This document shows, in pieces, positions 22,301-36,169 of a stretch of 64,000 nucleotides of DNA; position 1 is the stretch's first letter; every line of letters starts with the position of its first letter. The stretch is taken from positions 478,056 through 542,055 of the forward strand of contig MU058669.1 in NCBI GenBank assembly GCA_013265495.1, in the 5' to 3' direction. The stretch comes from Vicugna vicugna (taxonomy: Eukaryota). Position numbers and translations under genes: made by a program. Under the pieces are notes generated by a model that did no database searches, was not told the DNA's origin, and saw only the letters and a list, made by a program, of their open reading frames with translations.

Positions 22301-25009
22301 GGCCAGTGATTCTGCAGAGAGAATAGGTACCCAGGAGTTCAGGTGTTTAGCTGGAGTATGGAGAGGACATGTTTCATCTTGGAATCTTATAACAACCTTT
22401 CCAGGTACCTATTCTTACTTCTCTCACCCCTTCCCCTCCTTTTTTCCAGCGAGGAAACCATAGCTCAGAGAAATCAGGTGCCTGGCCCCATGTCACAGAA
22501 GAAGGAACTGTGACTTAAAACCAGTTGTTTGGCAGTTACCCAGAAGGCACAGTACAGCAGAAGACCTCAGATGAGAATGTCAGGAATCCAGATGACTGCC
22601 TCACCCCCCACCAGTCCCTGACTCCCGTGTTGGGGATATGATCATCTCTAAGCCAGTGTCACTGATGACCCCCCACCCACCTGCTCAGTGTTACCAGCCA
22701 ATACACCCAGCAGGAGGAAGGCAGTCCTCACCAGTCCTTCCCAACCAGAGCCAGCTGGGTGCCTGGAGCAACACACACTGTCTGGTCCACTGTGTCAGCC
22801 AAAGATGCCAGCTGTCACCTGGCAGCCTTTGGATGATGCAGCAATTCAGGGAAGTGTCACTGCTAACTCAGTCACACCTCCTGCTGCATGCGGCAGCCGC
22901 AGACCCACAGCATGAGCACTGAGGGAGGGCCTTCACTTCCAGACACTGTGCCAATGGTGGGCGGGGGAGCCAGGCAAGCTGGTTCCCGTCTACAGCCTAG
23001 CACACATGCTTTCCCAATCTTCGAGTTCTGAGCTCAGGACTTCATAGACACAACTTCTCTGAGTTTACCATATTTGAAGCTAATCAGTAGTGCCTTCTGT
23101 CTAAAATTTTCCTTGTGAGGAAATAGACGCACAGTCCAGGCAATGATGTGCTTGTATTCATTGCAGTTATGAGCTCTGGCTAGAACCTAGGGCCCTTCTA
23201 AGTCTTGGTCTTCAACCGAGTGCTGAGTATCTGCTAAGTGCCAGGCACGGTGCTAGATGCCGATAAGCTCACTTCTACCAAGCAAAAGAGAAATATGAAC
23301 AGTTACGAGCATTACCTTAGAAGTGATGTGATAGGAATAGGTATGGTCACCTCTGGGGGACCCCCAAAGTGGTAAGCTACACTTCTCCAGTGTGGAGAGG
23401 GCAGGCGGGTAGGTGGGATCTTGAGGGTCTAATACAAAGGTCATGCTTGAGCTTTCTCCTACTCTTTCCTATAAGATTTATTACCATTTTCCATGTGCTT
23501 AAACTCATTTTGCTAAAAGCAAAAAAAAAATCATTTATTTTTAGCTTCAGTTTTAAGATTATCATGAAGAAAGCATTATTATCAAAAGGTCCCCAAGCCT
23601 CTCTCTGTTTCAGTTTCTTGGGAAGACTAAAGGAGTTAAAATATATACAATTAAAATATAGACAGAATGAGGCCCTGAACTATATGCTATGATTCTTGTC
23701 TTCCATCCCAGAGGACACCATTAGCTGGAAATTGGATATGAATAAGCCACGGCAACAATTCAGACACCTGCAGTTTCCAAATTCTGCCCCTGGGAGCTGC
23801 AGGAGCCACATCCGGCCTCAGTGAGCTGGGGTCCGTGGGTGCAGCCTATACCACAGGTCATCTGCAGCGCTGCTTGAGGATCGCTGTGGGATATCCTTTG
23901 GGTATATGAAGGTGATGTTTATTGCTTCTCAAAAGACAAACATGGCCTGTGGGTTTGTTATTGTTTACTACAGGCCAGCATTTGTCTCTTTGTTAAAACA
24001 CACATACCAACAAAGTAACAAACAAAAAAGTCCAAACTGCAAAGCATCATGATTGAGAGACAAATCAGGAGACAGAGATAAACCATCACAGCCATTTTCA
24101 AAGCCTGCTGAGCTTGGGACAGGGGCTTGGGGAGGTTCTGCACAGAAACGACACCCCAGTCGGGTCTTGGGTGTTCGGTTTTTTCTGGCATCACATGAGA
24201 GGGGCTGGCAAAGACTGGGATGGTTTAGTTGTGAGTGGAAGTTTGGATTTCAGAACAGCGCAGTAGCTGGGAACTTAGAGCCTAAATGTCCCTGTCAAGG
24301 AGGCTCTAGTGCATTAAAGACCCACCAAGAAACACCTGGGGTGAGAGGACTGGCAGCCAACTAGTCTGAGACATTGGGGTGGCCACATACAAGCCAATGT
24401 GTGAAACAAGCAGCATCTGTCTAGCACTCAGGATACAGAGTTTAGGTCCTCGCAGCCTGAGGGAGGGAGGAAGAAGCTCAGTGTCTGGGATATACCAAGG
24501 CAAAAGGAGTTCGAAGCTCAGTTTGGGGGCCCACCAGAGCACAGTAGACCCTGCGGCTGGTCTGTCTCTGTGTCTTCTAGGATTTCATTGTCCCTCCCCC
24601 TCCCCCAGGATTTTGTCCTCCAGGGGTGTCACCCTGCCTACAGCTACCCGGAAAAATCCTGTTAGGGACTTGCTAAATAAATCATGCCACTGCTCAAACA
24701 CCTTCAGCAACTGCCCCAAACACACAGAATAGAGTCCAAATCCCAAACTCAGCAATCAAGGCAGCTTACCCTGACATGGCCCTTAAGTTTCACCACTTCT
24801 CTAAGCCTCAATTTCACCACAGCATACATGCTCACTGCAGATGGACCTGCATTTACTGTCTCTGGGCCTTTGCTGATGCTATTTCCTCTGCTTGAAGGCC
24901 TTCCTGAGGGCTGCTCTTCCCTCATCCTAACCTTGCCATTCATCCAACAAGATTTTATTTGATCGGTGTGTTTATTATGGGGCAGATACTGTTCTGATAC
25001 TGTTTGAAA

Positions 25010-25422
25010 TGGCCATAGGGGCAAATTTCAGAAAAAGTCTTAAGTTCTTCCCCTCCTTGAATCCATGCCCTCTTGCCTATAACTTTGAGTGCCCTCCCAT
25101 CCTGACACTGGGCTCAGGACTGGTTTTGGCCAGTGGGATATTAGCAGATGTGATGCAAGCAGCAGCCTGGAAAGTGCTTGTACCCCTTTTGCTTCTCTTG
25201 GAAACCTTCTGCCTCTGTACGTATGAGACTGGGCTGGCTGTGAAACAGAGATGATGGCTCAGCCAAGGGCCCAAGATCAGTCAGCCCCAAGTGGACCCTG
25301 AGTCTGTTCACAGATGCATGAGTGAGCCCAAATCACCATCCACAGAATCCTGTGCTAAATAAATAGTGGTGGTTTTAACCACTTTTAGGGTGGTTTCTTA
25401 AACACAGTAGATGACTAATGCA
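25010..25422 (+). mobile_element. MLT1H-like MaLR LTR
   Basis: ttttggccagtgggatattagcagatgtgatgcaagcag..ttttagggtggttt..gactaatgca. Confidence 0.75.
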
Positions 25423-25424
25423 GC

Positions 25425-25925
25425 CATTGATTCGTCTTAGGATCTCCTCTCTCTTACCCTTCTGTTGGTACTAGCAACCTGCTTTTATATTGATAAACAC
25501 CCTCCTCCACTCTCAGTCCATGCTTCTGGTGAAGCTAGTCCACCTGCTCCTCGGACTCCAGGGACTGTCATCAGTGTTATCTCTGGCCACCAGGATAGGC
25601 ATATAGCTCAAACATAGGTCTAAGGACCCAGATCTGGAATTTTTGTTGGAATTCTTGGAACAGTAATGCTCTTTTCCCAACAAGGTGGCTAGGCCAGGAG
25701 AATGTCAGCCTCGAGTGCTCACACAGCTCCCCCAGAAGAGAGAAGGACAGAGAGACAGAGAGTGAGTCCTCCTGACACGGGTCCCTGGATCAGCCTGTGC
25801 TTACAATTCCATCTCTCCTTGGGCTTTTTTAGTTACACAAGACAGAAGAAAAATCCTATATTTCTGTGTAAGCCAGTATGAGTGGGCTGTCTGTCATTCA
25901 TACCCCAAAATTTCTGACTGATAAC
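25425..25925 (+). mobile_element. Old MLT1 (K/L-like) LTR
   Basis: ccactctcagtccatg..ccctggatcagcctgtgc..taagccagtatgagtggg..tctgtca..ctgactgata. Confidence 0.6.
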
Positions 25926-26719
25926 ACTCCTCAAATGCTACCTTCTCCGAAATCTTCATCCTCCGACAAGAATGGTGGTTCCTATAGATTTTTTGCATGT
26001 GGTCAAGAACACTAATTTCAAGTCAGAGGCCCTGGGCCCCAAATTCTGGGTTTTCCATTTGCTTAATTTCCATTTGCTAAATGTTAAATTTCCACGTAAG
26101 CCATGTAACATCTCCAAGCCTGAATGAAACAGCTGCTTTAATATCACGCAGCTCACAGGTTTGTTGTGAAGAGTAAATGAAACCATGTGTGTAAATTACG
26201 TGGTACATGTTTAGCAATTGTTATTGTTTAAAAAAACAAAAAACAAACTATTTCAATTATTTTTTACTCTCCTGATGGCAAAAATAATGGCTTCATTGGC
26301 CCTGTATACTCTATTTATTACGTGTTACATTTCTTTCTGTTCTCAGCCCACTGCATAAGGCCTTAAACATAGTAGACACACATTTTAATATGTGGGTTCT
26401 TTGGGCAAGTTGATAAGGAATCTGTCTTCTCATCCCAACACCCCTGGTGACTTTCTTCCTGGTCATCCAGTCACCCTGGGGTAGGAAAATGGCTGATTTT
26501 GAGAAAGTGTCAGGTTGGAGTCTCAATCATCCAGCATGTTTCTGGTCTTCTCCTTTGGAACCCAGTGGGAACATAAAATATTGTCTTTGCTTATAGTATA
26601 GCTTGGTTCCAGAGCAGCAGGTTGATAAAGCACTTGGTGTGTGCTAGGTACTGTCCTAAGTGACTGGGAAGAAGGTGGCCACTTGTCAGCAGTATGATTA
26701 ATGGACACTGGTTTTTGTT

Positions 26720-27255
26720 GCCTGCCTGTATCCTTTCCTCCCTCTCCTGATGCTGCCAAGTCAAATTTTATTGAGGAATCATCCCTGCTCTGCCTCTCAG
26801 TCTGTGCAATATTAGAGGGGTGGGCTTTCCTTCAGCTCCTGCTTTGGGCCCTTGAATGAGGCCTGACCAGCCAGGACACTGCATCTCTCTGATCACAGGG
26901 CTTGCTTTGGAGATGGGCATGTGACCTATGACAGGCTGGTGGGTGTCAGCTCTGGGAATTTACTGGAACTATTAAGGAAGAGAAGTTCTACTGGGGTTGC
27001 TAGGCTAGAAGGATGAAGCCTAGGGTTTGTGGCCTCCATCTTGCAACCAAGAAGAAAAGCCTGTCTGAGGTGATGGCACCAGAGAGGGAAAGGGAAAGCC
27101 AGGGCACTAGATGGACAGTCATGATATCTTTGAGCCCCTCTAGCCAGCTGAACTTGAAGACCACCTTACCCCTGGACCTTTTAGTTACTTGAGCCAATAT
27201 TTTCCCTTTTTTATTTAAGATAGCCAGAAGTGGGTTTCTGTCACTGAAAGAGTCA
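26720..27255 (+). mobile_element. Old MLT1 (K/J-like) LTR
   Basis: gatgggcatgtgacc..ccatcttgcaacca..tttgagccc..ggacctttta..gagccaata..gggtttctgtcac. Confidence 0.7.
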
Positions 27256-28399
27256 TAAACAGTCTCTCTCAGCCTCAGGTTTGTCCTCTGGGAAATAGGG
27301 TTTAACAATACCTCCCCCCACCGCCACCACCGCCCCAGCACATAAGCTATGTGGCACAGGGCTGGCACAGAGTGGGAGCTCCACAACTGGTAACTGTCCT
27401 TTTCCTCTGAGCTCTGGGAGTGAGGGTGGCATCCCCCCTCTCTTTCTAGGCAGCAGCTCCTCCTCTGTTGGCCAGCTGACTGGAAATTGCCAAGAAGGCC
27501 AACAGCCTTCCTTCTGTGTTGCAAATAGCATCATCTCATCCGGGTGGACAGAGGAGCTCAGTGGAACATATATTTGTCCCTGATCTCTGGTTTCTGATTG
27601 CCACCTGGGATGTGCCCAATAGGCAGCCTGCTGTGTCCTACACACCACGGCCAGATGATAACTCTTTGATTTTTGCTCTTCTCTGCTTCTTGGGAATAAT
27701 GGGTCCATAATGAATTGCATCCACAAGAATAGCTGTAATTGTAACAGTGCCACAGACAGGGAGCTGGCAAATCAACCAGTCACATGAAACGTGCCTATTT
27801 TGTTCCAATCACTTTCTTTGGAAGGGCTACCAACTTTGTTTTCCCATCCCAAACTTTTAATAAGCAGCAGGCTTTCTGTGGAAGGAGGATAATGAAAGCC
27901 AGACATCTGGAAGGTTTTATTCTTGGTTTGTTTGTTTTATTCCCTTGCCTTACAATTTCCCTTTCAATTGGGTCTCAGGGGAAAAAAACCTTGCTGCACC
28001 CCTTCCTCCCAAATATCTTAGCCACCCTGGCATTGTGTCAAGGAATCGACACCTCCCTGATATCTTGATATTTGGAATCATCTATATGCTGACTGAGGTG
28101 TTGATGACTGATATTCTTATAGAAATCTCAGAGGAGATCTCAAAGAGTACACTGTGCACAGTCAAGGAGATGGATGGTTGTGGGGTGGAGGGTAGGGCTG
28201 CAAAGATTGGTAGACAGGGGAGGTCCCTGGCCATCCTGAGTTGTTTCCTGTCAGTGTGTCTTCTTGAAAGAAGTCAATCTTGGCTCTCTGAGACCCTGGG
28301 ATCCACACAGAACCAAATGATAAGCAGTCAACAGTCAGGATGGTAAATACGACTTCCTAATGTTTTACTGGGACTGTACATAAACATAAGAAGAATCAT

Positions 28400-28630
28400 A
28401 TTAATTATATTTAGTAGCTACTATCCTTGTATACTTGCTATATGCCAGGCACAGTGCCAAGTACTTGGTATCCGTTTTCTCATTTAATCCTTACAACAAC
28501 CCAGGAGGTTAGGTACCATTACAATCCCTATTTTTTAGTCAAGAAAACTGGAACTTGAAAAGAAAAATGGCTTGACCCAGGCAGGGCAAAGGCTGAGTTT
28601 TGACCTCATAACCTACCTTTTAACCACCAT
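28400..28630 (-). mobile_element. MIR SINE
   Basis: tatgccaggcacagtg..tctcatttaatccttacaacaacc..gaaaactg. Confidence 0.8.
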
Positions 28631-30052
28631 GTTGTGCCTAATGAAGATGCTCAAGACTGCATTCTAGAAGACCCAGGAAGGTCAGTCTCAGCTCACAGGG
28701 TGACTTAGAGCAAGCAAATTCTCTCCTTTGGGTTTTGAATTCCCCGGCTAACTTAATGGAGCAGCTCTAAATTCTCTAATGACCCAGGCAGCCCTGGTTC
28801 AGTGGACTGCCCCCCATCACTGGAAGTAAACTTGAGTCATAGCTAGGAATGTCTGTGGCAACAACTTCACAGAGGGGATTCAATTACGGTATGGCGAGAT
28901 GGGTCCACATGACATTTCTTTCTCCTATGAGAGGCTGATGCCAGTATGTTTCTTCACTTATTTTCAAATCTAAAAGGCCAACATTTGTGCTCCCTGAAGC
29001 TTGATCTTGCCGATTGCAAGGCAGTTCTATCTGCCTGCTGCAATTTGCTCTGGTAACTCAGCAGGCGGAGGGGAGGAAGCACCCATCCGCTCAGCCTTCC
29101 TCCTGAAGATCTTGCTTGGCTGAGCACAGGCCACTGGGTGGGAGGGCCCTAAGATAATTGCTCAAAATATGTTTGCTGCTGGTGCTCCCATTGTCTCTGC
29201 AGGCTCCACATGTCCCTACTCCTAGCAGGGTTCTCACTTGGCTGAACGCTGAATGCCCATTAGGGAAGCTTGTCACTTTCTTATTTGTGGGAAGTGTCTG
29301 ACACAGAAGGGCAGGTACCACTTAAAATGTCAAGGCAGCAGTGCGGCTGGCAGGTAAATTTCTGCGTAAAAATCCATTTTCTGCTTTGGAGCAAGGAAAT
29401 TATGTAAGATCCTCTGATGGCAGTCAGACATGAAGACTGCCTTCAGCCAGAGAGGAAGAGGTAAACAGTCTCAGGAATCCAGCCAGGTTCTTTCACCAGC
29501 TTAAGATTCCAGTGCTGGCTGCCTTCACCTTCATGTTTCCAGTCTTCATACAAGACACCCCACTGCCCTCCCAAGGCCCCATCCATGTTTGCCACCGATT
29601 GACACCTCTTCCATCATTACCTCTCCTCCATCTCTCCTTCCATGTCCTCTTGGAATAATGTCCTAACTTCTCTTCCTGCCTCTAACTTCCCTGTATGACC
29701 ATCCATTTGAAGACTATTGAAGGGGAATTCTCAGCAACAGCTTCCCAGCGTGTGATATTTCCATGGATTCTTGGGTGTTGACAGAAAACGATTAAACAAC
29801 ACCCCTACTGCCCAATCCCCAAGCCTAACACTTATCCTGTGCTTACAGCATGATTCTAGGAACTACACTACTCACTTCATGCCTTAACTTGTCTTTCACA
29901 ACAGTTCTATGAGGTACTTAATAATAGCCTCATATTACACTGAGTAAACTGAGGCTGAGAGATTAAGTAACCTGCCTATGATCTCCCAATTTTTCAGTGC
30001 CTAACCCAGAGTTAAACCAAAGTGGTATGCATTTTCCCCTCTTTTATTATTA

Positions 30053-30420
30053 CTTTTAATAGATCTTATTTTTAGAGGAGTTTTAGGTTTATAGAAAAAT
30101 TGAGTGAAAAGCATAGAGCGTTTCCATATACTCCATTATCTTTGCCCCCTCCCCCAACAGTTCCCCCTAACATTAGCATCTTGCATTAGTGTGGTACATT
30201 TGATGCGTCAGTATTGATACCTTGTTATTTACTACAGTCCATTGTTTACATTATAGTACACTCTTGGCATCGTGCATTATGTGGGTTTTGACAAATATAT
30301 AACAACATGTATCCACCATTCCAGTATCAAACAGGATAGTTTCACTGCCCTGAGAATCCCTTGTGCTCCGCCTATTTCTTCCCTAACTCTTGGCAACCAC
30401 TGATCTTTATACTGTCTCCA
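30053..30420 (-). mobile_element. L1MC1/L1MB-type 3' end
   Basis: tttttagaggagttttaggttta..gtgtggtacatttg..gggttttgacaaat..atagtttcactgccct..ggcaaccactgatcttt..actgtctcca. Confidence 0.85.
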
Positions 30421-30937
30421 ACTCCAGACCCAGTTGCCTCAAAGCCCTCAGGAGTTACTAGCTTCTTCCACTCCCTGGAAGAAAGATGCAGGGCAAGATT
30501 CAACAAAGCCAGACCCCGCCATCACCACCGTTGGTAGCAAGGGGCTTCTTCTACTGATTAGGCCTGGTTCTTACTGGACTTGTGGATGAAAACTCAGTAT
30601 CTGTTTGCCTGTCTCCACAGACTTGGCAGGTGGCTGGGGTGGAAAGATGGGACTGGGGATCATCAGCAGAGTCAGAGTATTCAGCTCAGGGAGCAGGTGA
30701 TGGAATAGCAGCAAAGAGCTATTGAGTCAGGGGCTCACTCAGGCTTCTGGAGAGGACTTATGCACCTGTCACTTCCCACTGATACAGAAGTAATCCTAGC
30801 CAGTCTGACAGAATTTAGGTAAAATTACCAGCCAATACAGGCTATGATGGAGTAGCTAATGCTTATTGTACCTGCCTGTGGCAAACATAACTGTAGCATG
30901 TCCTTCGGAAAATTGCCACCCCCAACCAAAATGTAGT

Positions 30938-31070
30938 GCAGCTTTTCTAAATCTTTAATACGCATACGGATTTCCTGGGCACCTTGTTAAATTGCAGATC
31001 CTTATTCAGTGGGTCTGAGGTGAGGCCTGATATTCTGCGTTTCTAACAAGTTCCCAGGTGATGCTGAGAG
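30938..31070. mobile_element. MER5-type hAT MITE
   Basis: cttgttaaattgcagat..attcagtgggtctg..tttctaacaagttcccaggtgatgctga. Confidence 0.75.
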
Positions 31071-31511
31071 TAGCAAGGATGTAGGAAACAGAAAGTGAAT
31101 TTATATCGGGCTCATTGCCTGTTTTGCCATTGAGCTTGCTGCCTAATTTCCTTAAAAGCTCTAATTGTTTCTTATGTCTCAGAAAAATACTTGCACCTGG
31201 CTGAGTTCAAGCCTAAGTTCCACCGTTAAATAGGGACATTTTCAACCTCAGTGTGGTCAGACGAAGGCACCTGGGATGAATAATAAGGTCAATTATTCAA
31301 TAACGAATTTAGCCTTTCAATAAATGTCTGCCGGGCTTCTAGAGTGTGCTGGACACAGTCCTCTTGGGACTTCTGGTTTAGCGGCCAAAGGGACCAAAGC
31401 TAAGCAAATAATCAAAGTGATTTCAAGTTGTGATAAATGCATGGAAGAACATGAACTAAGGACTAAGTTGGAAACTAATGAGAGGGAAGGGAGTATTTTA
31501 GAATAAGTGAT

Positions 31512-31982
31512 TGTGTAGGTTTCCTATTGCTGCTGTAACAAATCAACACAAGCCTAGTGGCCGAAAACAACACAAATGTACTCTCTTAAAGTTAAGGAGC
31601 TGAAGCTCAAAACCAGTCTTTTGAGCTAAGGTTGAGGAGTCTGGGGGCTGCTTTCCTTCTAGAGGTGCTAGGGGGATGTTCCCCTGCCCCTGCCGGCTTC
31701 TGGAGGGTTCTTACATACCTTGCTTGTCATCCCTGCCTAGAATCATGCCAACCTCTGTGCCTATTGTCACATCTCCTCTCTGACTCTGGTCCTCCCATCT
31801 CCCTCTCACAGGGACCTCTGTGATTACACTGGGCCCACCAGGATAACCTCCCCATCTCAAGATCCTTAGTCATACCTGCAAAGTACCTTTGCCATGTAAG
31901 GTAACATGGTGACAGGTTTCAGGGATTAGGATGTGGACATCTTGTGGGGGCTGGAGGATTAGGCATCATTCTGCCTACCACA
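31512..31982 (-). mobile_element. MLT1D-like MaLR LTR inserted in an L2 (L2 approx. 31295-32310)
   Basis: tgtgtaggtttcctattgctgctgtaacaaat..gggattaggatgtggacatct..attctgcctaccaca; L2-like sequence on both sides. Confidence 0.88.
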
Positions 31983-33124
31983 GGGTCGAGAAGGTCTCTC
32001 CCAGGAAACAACATTTAATCTAAAGGCTCACCACAAGTCAGAAATGAGAAGAGTAGAAGAAACAGCTTTCTCAGCGGAGCAGACCGCAAGGGCAGAGAGC
32101 CTGAGGAGAGAGCGTTTTAAGTTCAGGTATGGGAGAGGGTCCTGGTTTGGTGGGGCACAGGGAGCAGATGAGATGAGGGTGCAGCAGACGCCAGGGGCTG
32201 GGCCTATGGGCCCTGGGGGCTATGGTGAGGACTTCGGATCTTACTCCAAGTGTGATTAGGTGCCGTTGGAAAGCTGAAGGTTGTTACTGACGTGATCTGA
32301 TTTGTGTCTGAAGGGGCGACCATTTCTCAGCTACAGCCCTTCCTTGCCGTGGAGAAATGTGCACACAGTCCAGTGGGGCCAGGCCTTCTGACTTCTCAGG
32401 GAAAACTAGAGAAACCTGGGTATTTTTAATGTCAAACTCTCAATTTTAAATGACTGACAATATATTGGAAAATTAAAAACACATAAACAAGTAAGGTCTG
32501 GCCAAGAGCTGCCAGGCCACTATCTCTGAGGAAATTCTACTACCTACTCCCTGCAGGTCCTGGAGCGAATGATGGAAACCTCTGGGCTTCACATTCCTAG
32601 TCTGTACAGTGGAGGGAATAACAGTGGCTACTGCGGAGGAGTGTTGCCTTGACTCAGAAGTCTACTTAGTATGTGCCTGGAAGCATTTGGTGTGTGTGTG
32701 TATCCATGTATATATGTTTTTTAACTTGAGGGGATTAGATAAAGGCTTGAAGCAGATGACCTTTAACATTGCTTCTGGCTTTGAGATTCTATGACGATTG
32801 AAAAAAAAAACTTCATTAATCAGACCATATATCTAATAGCAGGAGACCTGTGTCTTCTCTCACCTGGATTTAATTTCCATACCCATCTGGTCAGGAGTGC
32901 ACGTTTGGTAAGATGACAGCAGGCTCCAGAACGGCTCTCCTTGATGGCCAAAACTGCTATGCTCAGGAGCGAGGCTCCCGGCTGCTGATTGCACACAATA
33001 TCCAGGAGTTAGAGCCCCCAAAATCAAGTGGTTAGAGACCCAGTGTCTGCTCAGTTTTCTCAAGACTTTTGGCATTAACATCTCTTGGGCTCCTGAGAAT
33101 CCACATGTGGTTCCTTCCTTCTTT

Positions 33125-33611
33125 TTTTTTAATTGAAATGTAATTGATTTACAATATTGTGTTAGTTTCATGTGGACAGTATAGTGATTCAGTATTTTTT
33201 GCAGGTTACATTCCATTATAGTTTATCACAAGATAATGGGTATAGCTCCCTATGCTATATAGTATATTCTTATTGCTTATCTACTTTATATATAGTAGTT
33301 TGTTTCTGTTAATCTCATATCCCTAACTTGTCCCTCCCTCCTTCCTCTCCCCTTTGGTAACCACAAGTTCGTTTTCTATATCTGTGAGTCTGTTTCTGTT
33401 TTGCATATATGTTCATCTGTATTATTTTTTAGATTCCACATGTAAGTGATTCCATACAGTATTTGTCTTCTCTGTTTGACTTACTTCACTAAGCATAATA
33501 TTTTCTAGGTCCATCCAGGTCACTACAAGTGGCAGGATTGCATTCTTTTTTATGGCTGAGTAATATTCCATCACATATATCACATCATCTTGATTCATTA
33601 TCTTGGGTCAT
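33125..33611 (-). mobile_element. 5'-truncated L1, same type as 1918-2460
   Basis: Poly-T start, tttggtaaccacaag..tctgtgagtctgtttctgttttg..tatggctgagtaatattcca; 14-bp TSD TTCCTTCCTTCTTT at 33111-33124 and 33612-33625. Confidence 0.92.
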
Positions 33612-36098
33612 TTCCTTCCTTCTTTCTACTCAGGGGAACAAAATCTGGGGAGGGGATGGGTGAGTGCAGCTTGTTGCCTCTAGGCAGATAACTGTGAAGA
33701 TTGAAGGCTTCTGCTCAGGAGGGCCTCCCCTCAGGATCATGCCAGGTATCTCCCCTGCACCAGATGCTCCTCGGAAAAGCAGGGCGGAGTCAGGGCAAGC
33801 CTGATCCCAGGCAGAGCTCCGGGGGACATGCTTGTCACCAGACTCCAGAGGATGTGGCAGGTTTGAATTTTATCAACAAGAGCAACGCTCGCAAATGACG
33901 ATGACAAAAAAATTGCACAGCTTCTTAGAATATCATCCGAGGGATACTTCGGCATACATATACACACTCACGCAAAGACACAGAGAACTTTGATTTCTTT
34001 ATCAAGCTTCATCGGCGGCTTGGAGTTGGGAAGATAAAGAAACAACCCTGATCGCCAAACCTCTCTCTCTAATTGAACATCCCCAACAGGAGGCTGAGTT
34101 CATAGTGGAAGGCAGGGAGGACCTCGTCCTCTGAGTCTCAGCTTTCAGTGTCTCTAGGGTGCTCCAGCTGGGCCACTTCAGGGGGACTGTGTGAGGGAAC
34201 TGCCCAGCTCCATACAGGGCATGGATTCTGACACTCCTTGTGCCCTGGGCTGGCACTATTTGCCACAGCCCAGCACTCTCAGCTGTCTGTTAAGGCTCTT
34301 TATTTCCAAGCTGCCAGACTGACTCCGGCTAACTCAGGCCAAAGCGGGCCTAATGAAAGGCTGTGGGGCTGACAGAATCAAAAAAAGCAAAGACAGCTCA
34401 GGGATCCAGGGCAGAAGCAAACTCACTCCCTGGGGAGTCCATCTGGTGAGTTGCTGCTGTGGTTTTCAGTCTCTGTGTCTTTCTACTCATGGGTTTAAAT
34501 TCCTGAGAGATTCTGATGGTGTGGATCAGCTCTCTCCTGGCCAGTATATGTCCAGACTGACAGGCCCACCAGACTGCATGCTATGGGGAAGCAAGTTTCC
34601 CCAAAGAAATATTGATGTACTGCTACCGAAAAAAAAAAAAATAAGGAAGACAGCAGGCAGGCTGGCAGAGACAGCAGCAGTCTGGCACAAAGGCCCTGCA
34701 TGAGCCACCTTGCTGGCCTACTTCCTGAGACTCCCAGCACACGCTGTCCCCTCTTCTTCACCATATTCCCCATTTCTGCCAGTTCGTGTCCTACTCACTC
34801 TGGGGTGCTGTTCCTGCCTGTCTCTGCATGTTCCCCCAGCCCATATCATAGGAGGTGGACTTCTTCCTGGTCTCTGTTGGCTATGCATCAGGGTTTGGGA
34901 TCAATTGCTTATGGTTAAGAAATAGGCTTTACTGGGGAAAGGGAAAGCTTACATAGCTGGCACTTCTCTGCCCCACAGAGAGAAGCCCTTGCCAGGCATA
35001 CAGTGAGGGTCTGGTTTCCACCAGGAACTCTGTTCCTCTCCCATTTATAGGGCAAAAGTGAGAAAACAGCCTTGGCCAAGGAACACACGGGCTGCTTGGT
35101 GTCATCAATCCAAACGTGGGGTGCCAACCCCTAATAGGAATAGTCTAGGATAGGATACCAGCTGCCCAGCACTTGCACTTGAGGTCCATAGAATGTTGGA
35201 GTCCTCCCTACCAGATGAAGGAAGCCATCAGTCCTGTGGAGAGCTGAGTCTGGGTGCAGCCCTCTGGTTGTGCAAATTGGGAGGGATCCTAGTCCTAATT
35301 AACTTGTTTCCAGGCAGCCTATGTACCCAACTCCAAAGCCACGCCTTTCAGAGTTCTTTTACTGGTCCACACTCTTAACCTCTGAACGCCACAAACCAGA
35401 TAGCTCTCTTTTCTAAACCCTTTGATCAGGCTGCCTTGAGGATGTGTCCTTTTTTTCCTGTTTCCGTCTTTACTCATCCCTGCCCAGGCTTGTTCCCTTG
35501 ATTCTAGATGTCCACATCCCTGTCTCCTCTACTACACTGTCATCTCTTCAAGGGCCTCTCCCATACGTCTCTTATCTTTGCACTTCTGTCCCTAATTGGA
35601 TGCTTGGCCCAAATAGTCCTTCCATACAAGTATAAGATTGACAAATAAATGGTTTCAGCTACAAGATGGAAAACTACTCAGATATAACATAAAGATGGAT
35701 CATCCAAAGCAGCTCCCTAGAAACCTCAGGAGGTGGCATGGATGACAACACTGCCAGGAATGGGGAGAAAATTCATATGGCATGGGGTGGGGGGTGGTGG
35801 AGAGATTTCTTTAACAAATATTCTCTACCACATGTCAGGCCCTGGGCAAATCCGTGGAATACGGCAGTAAATAAGGCATTTAGGGTCCCCACCCTGATAG
35901 AGGCAATTGGATATTATTCCATTTCCTCTAAACCCTAGGAGTGAATTTTTCTTTGCTTTACTAAATCCTTAATACTTTAAGATAAACTGGGCCCTTCTTA
36001 GATCCAGATTTGCTGGTGCGTGGCATTGAATCAGAGGGAAAATTAAACCAAAACTCCCTTTATTTGTTAAGAATTAAAAAAAAAAAGAAAGAAAACTC

Positions 36099-36169
36099 GA
36101 CACTGGAATTTGACAGAACATTGTAAAATGATTATAACTCAATAAAAAATGTTAAAAAAAATGAAAAGA
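36099..36169 (+). mobile_element. Young ~70-bp L1 3' end
   Basis: cactggaatttgacagaacattgtaaaatgattataactcaataaaaaatgtt; TSD AAAGAAAACTC at 36088-36098 and 36170-36180. Confidence 0.88.

Noticed and set aside
27000..27753. 174-aa and 166-aa minus-strand ORFs
   Set aside because: The first runs into an MLT1 LTR; neither resembles a known protein or shows exon structure.
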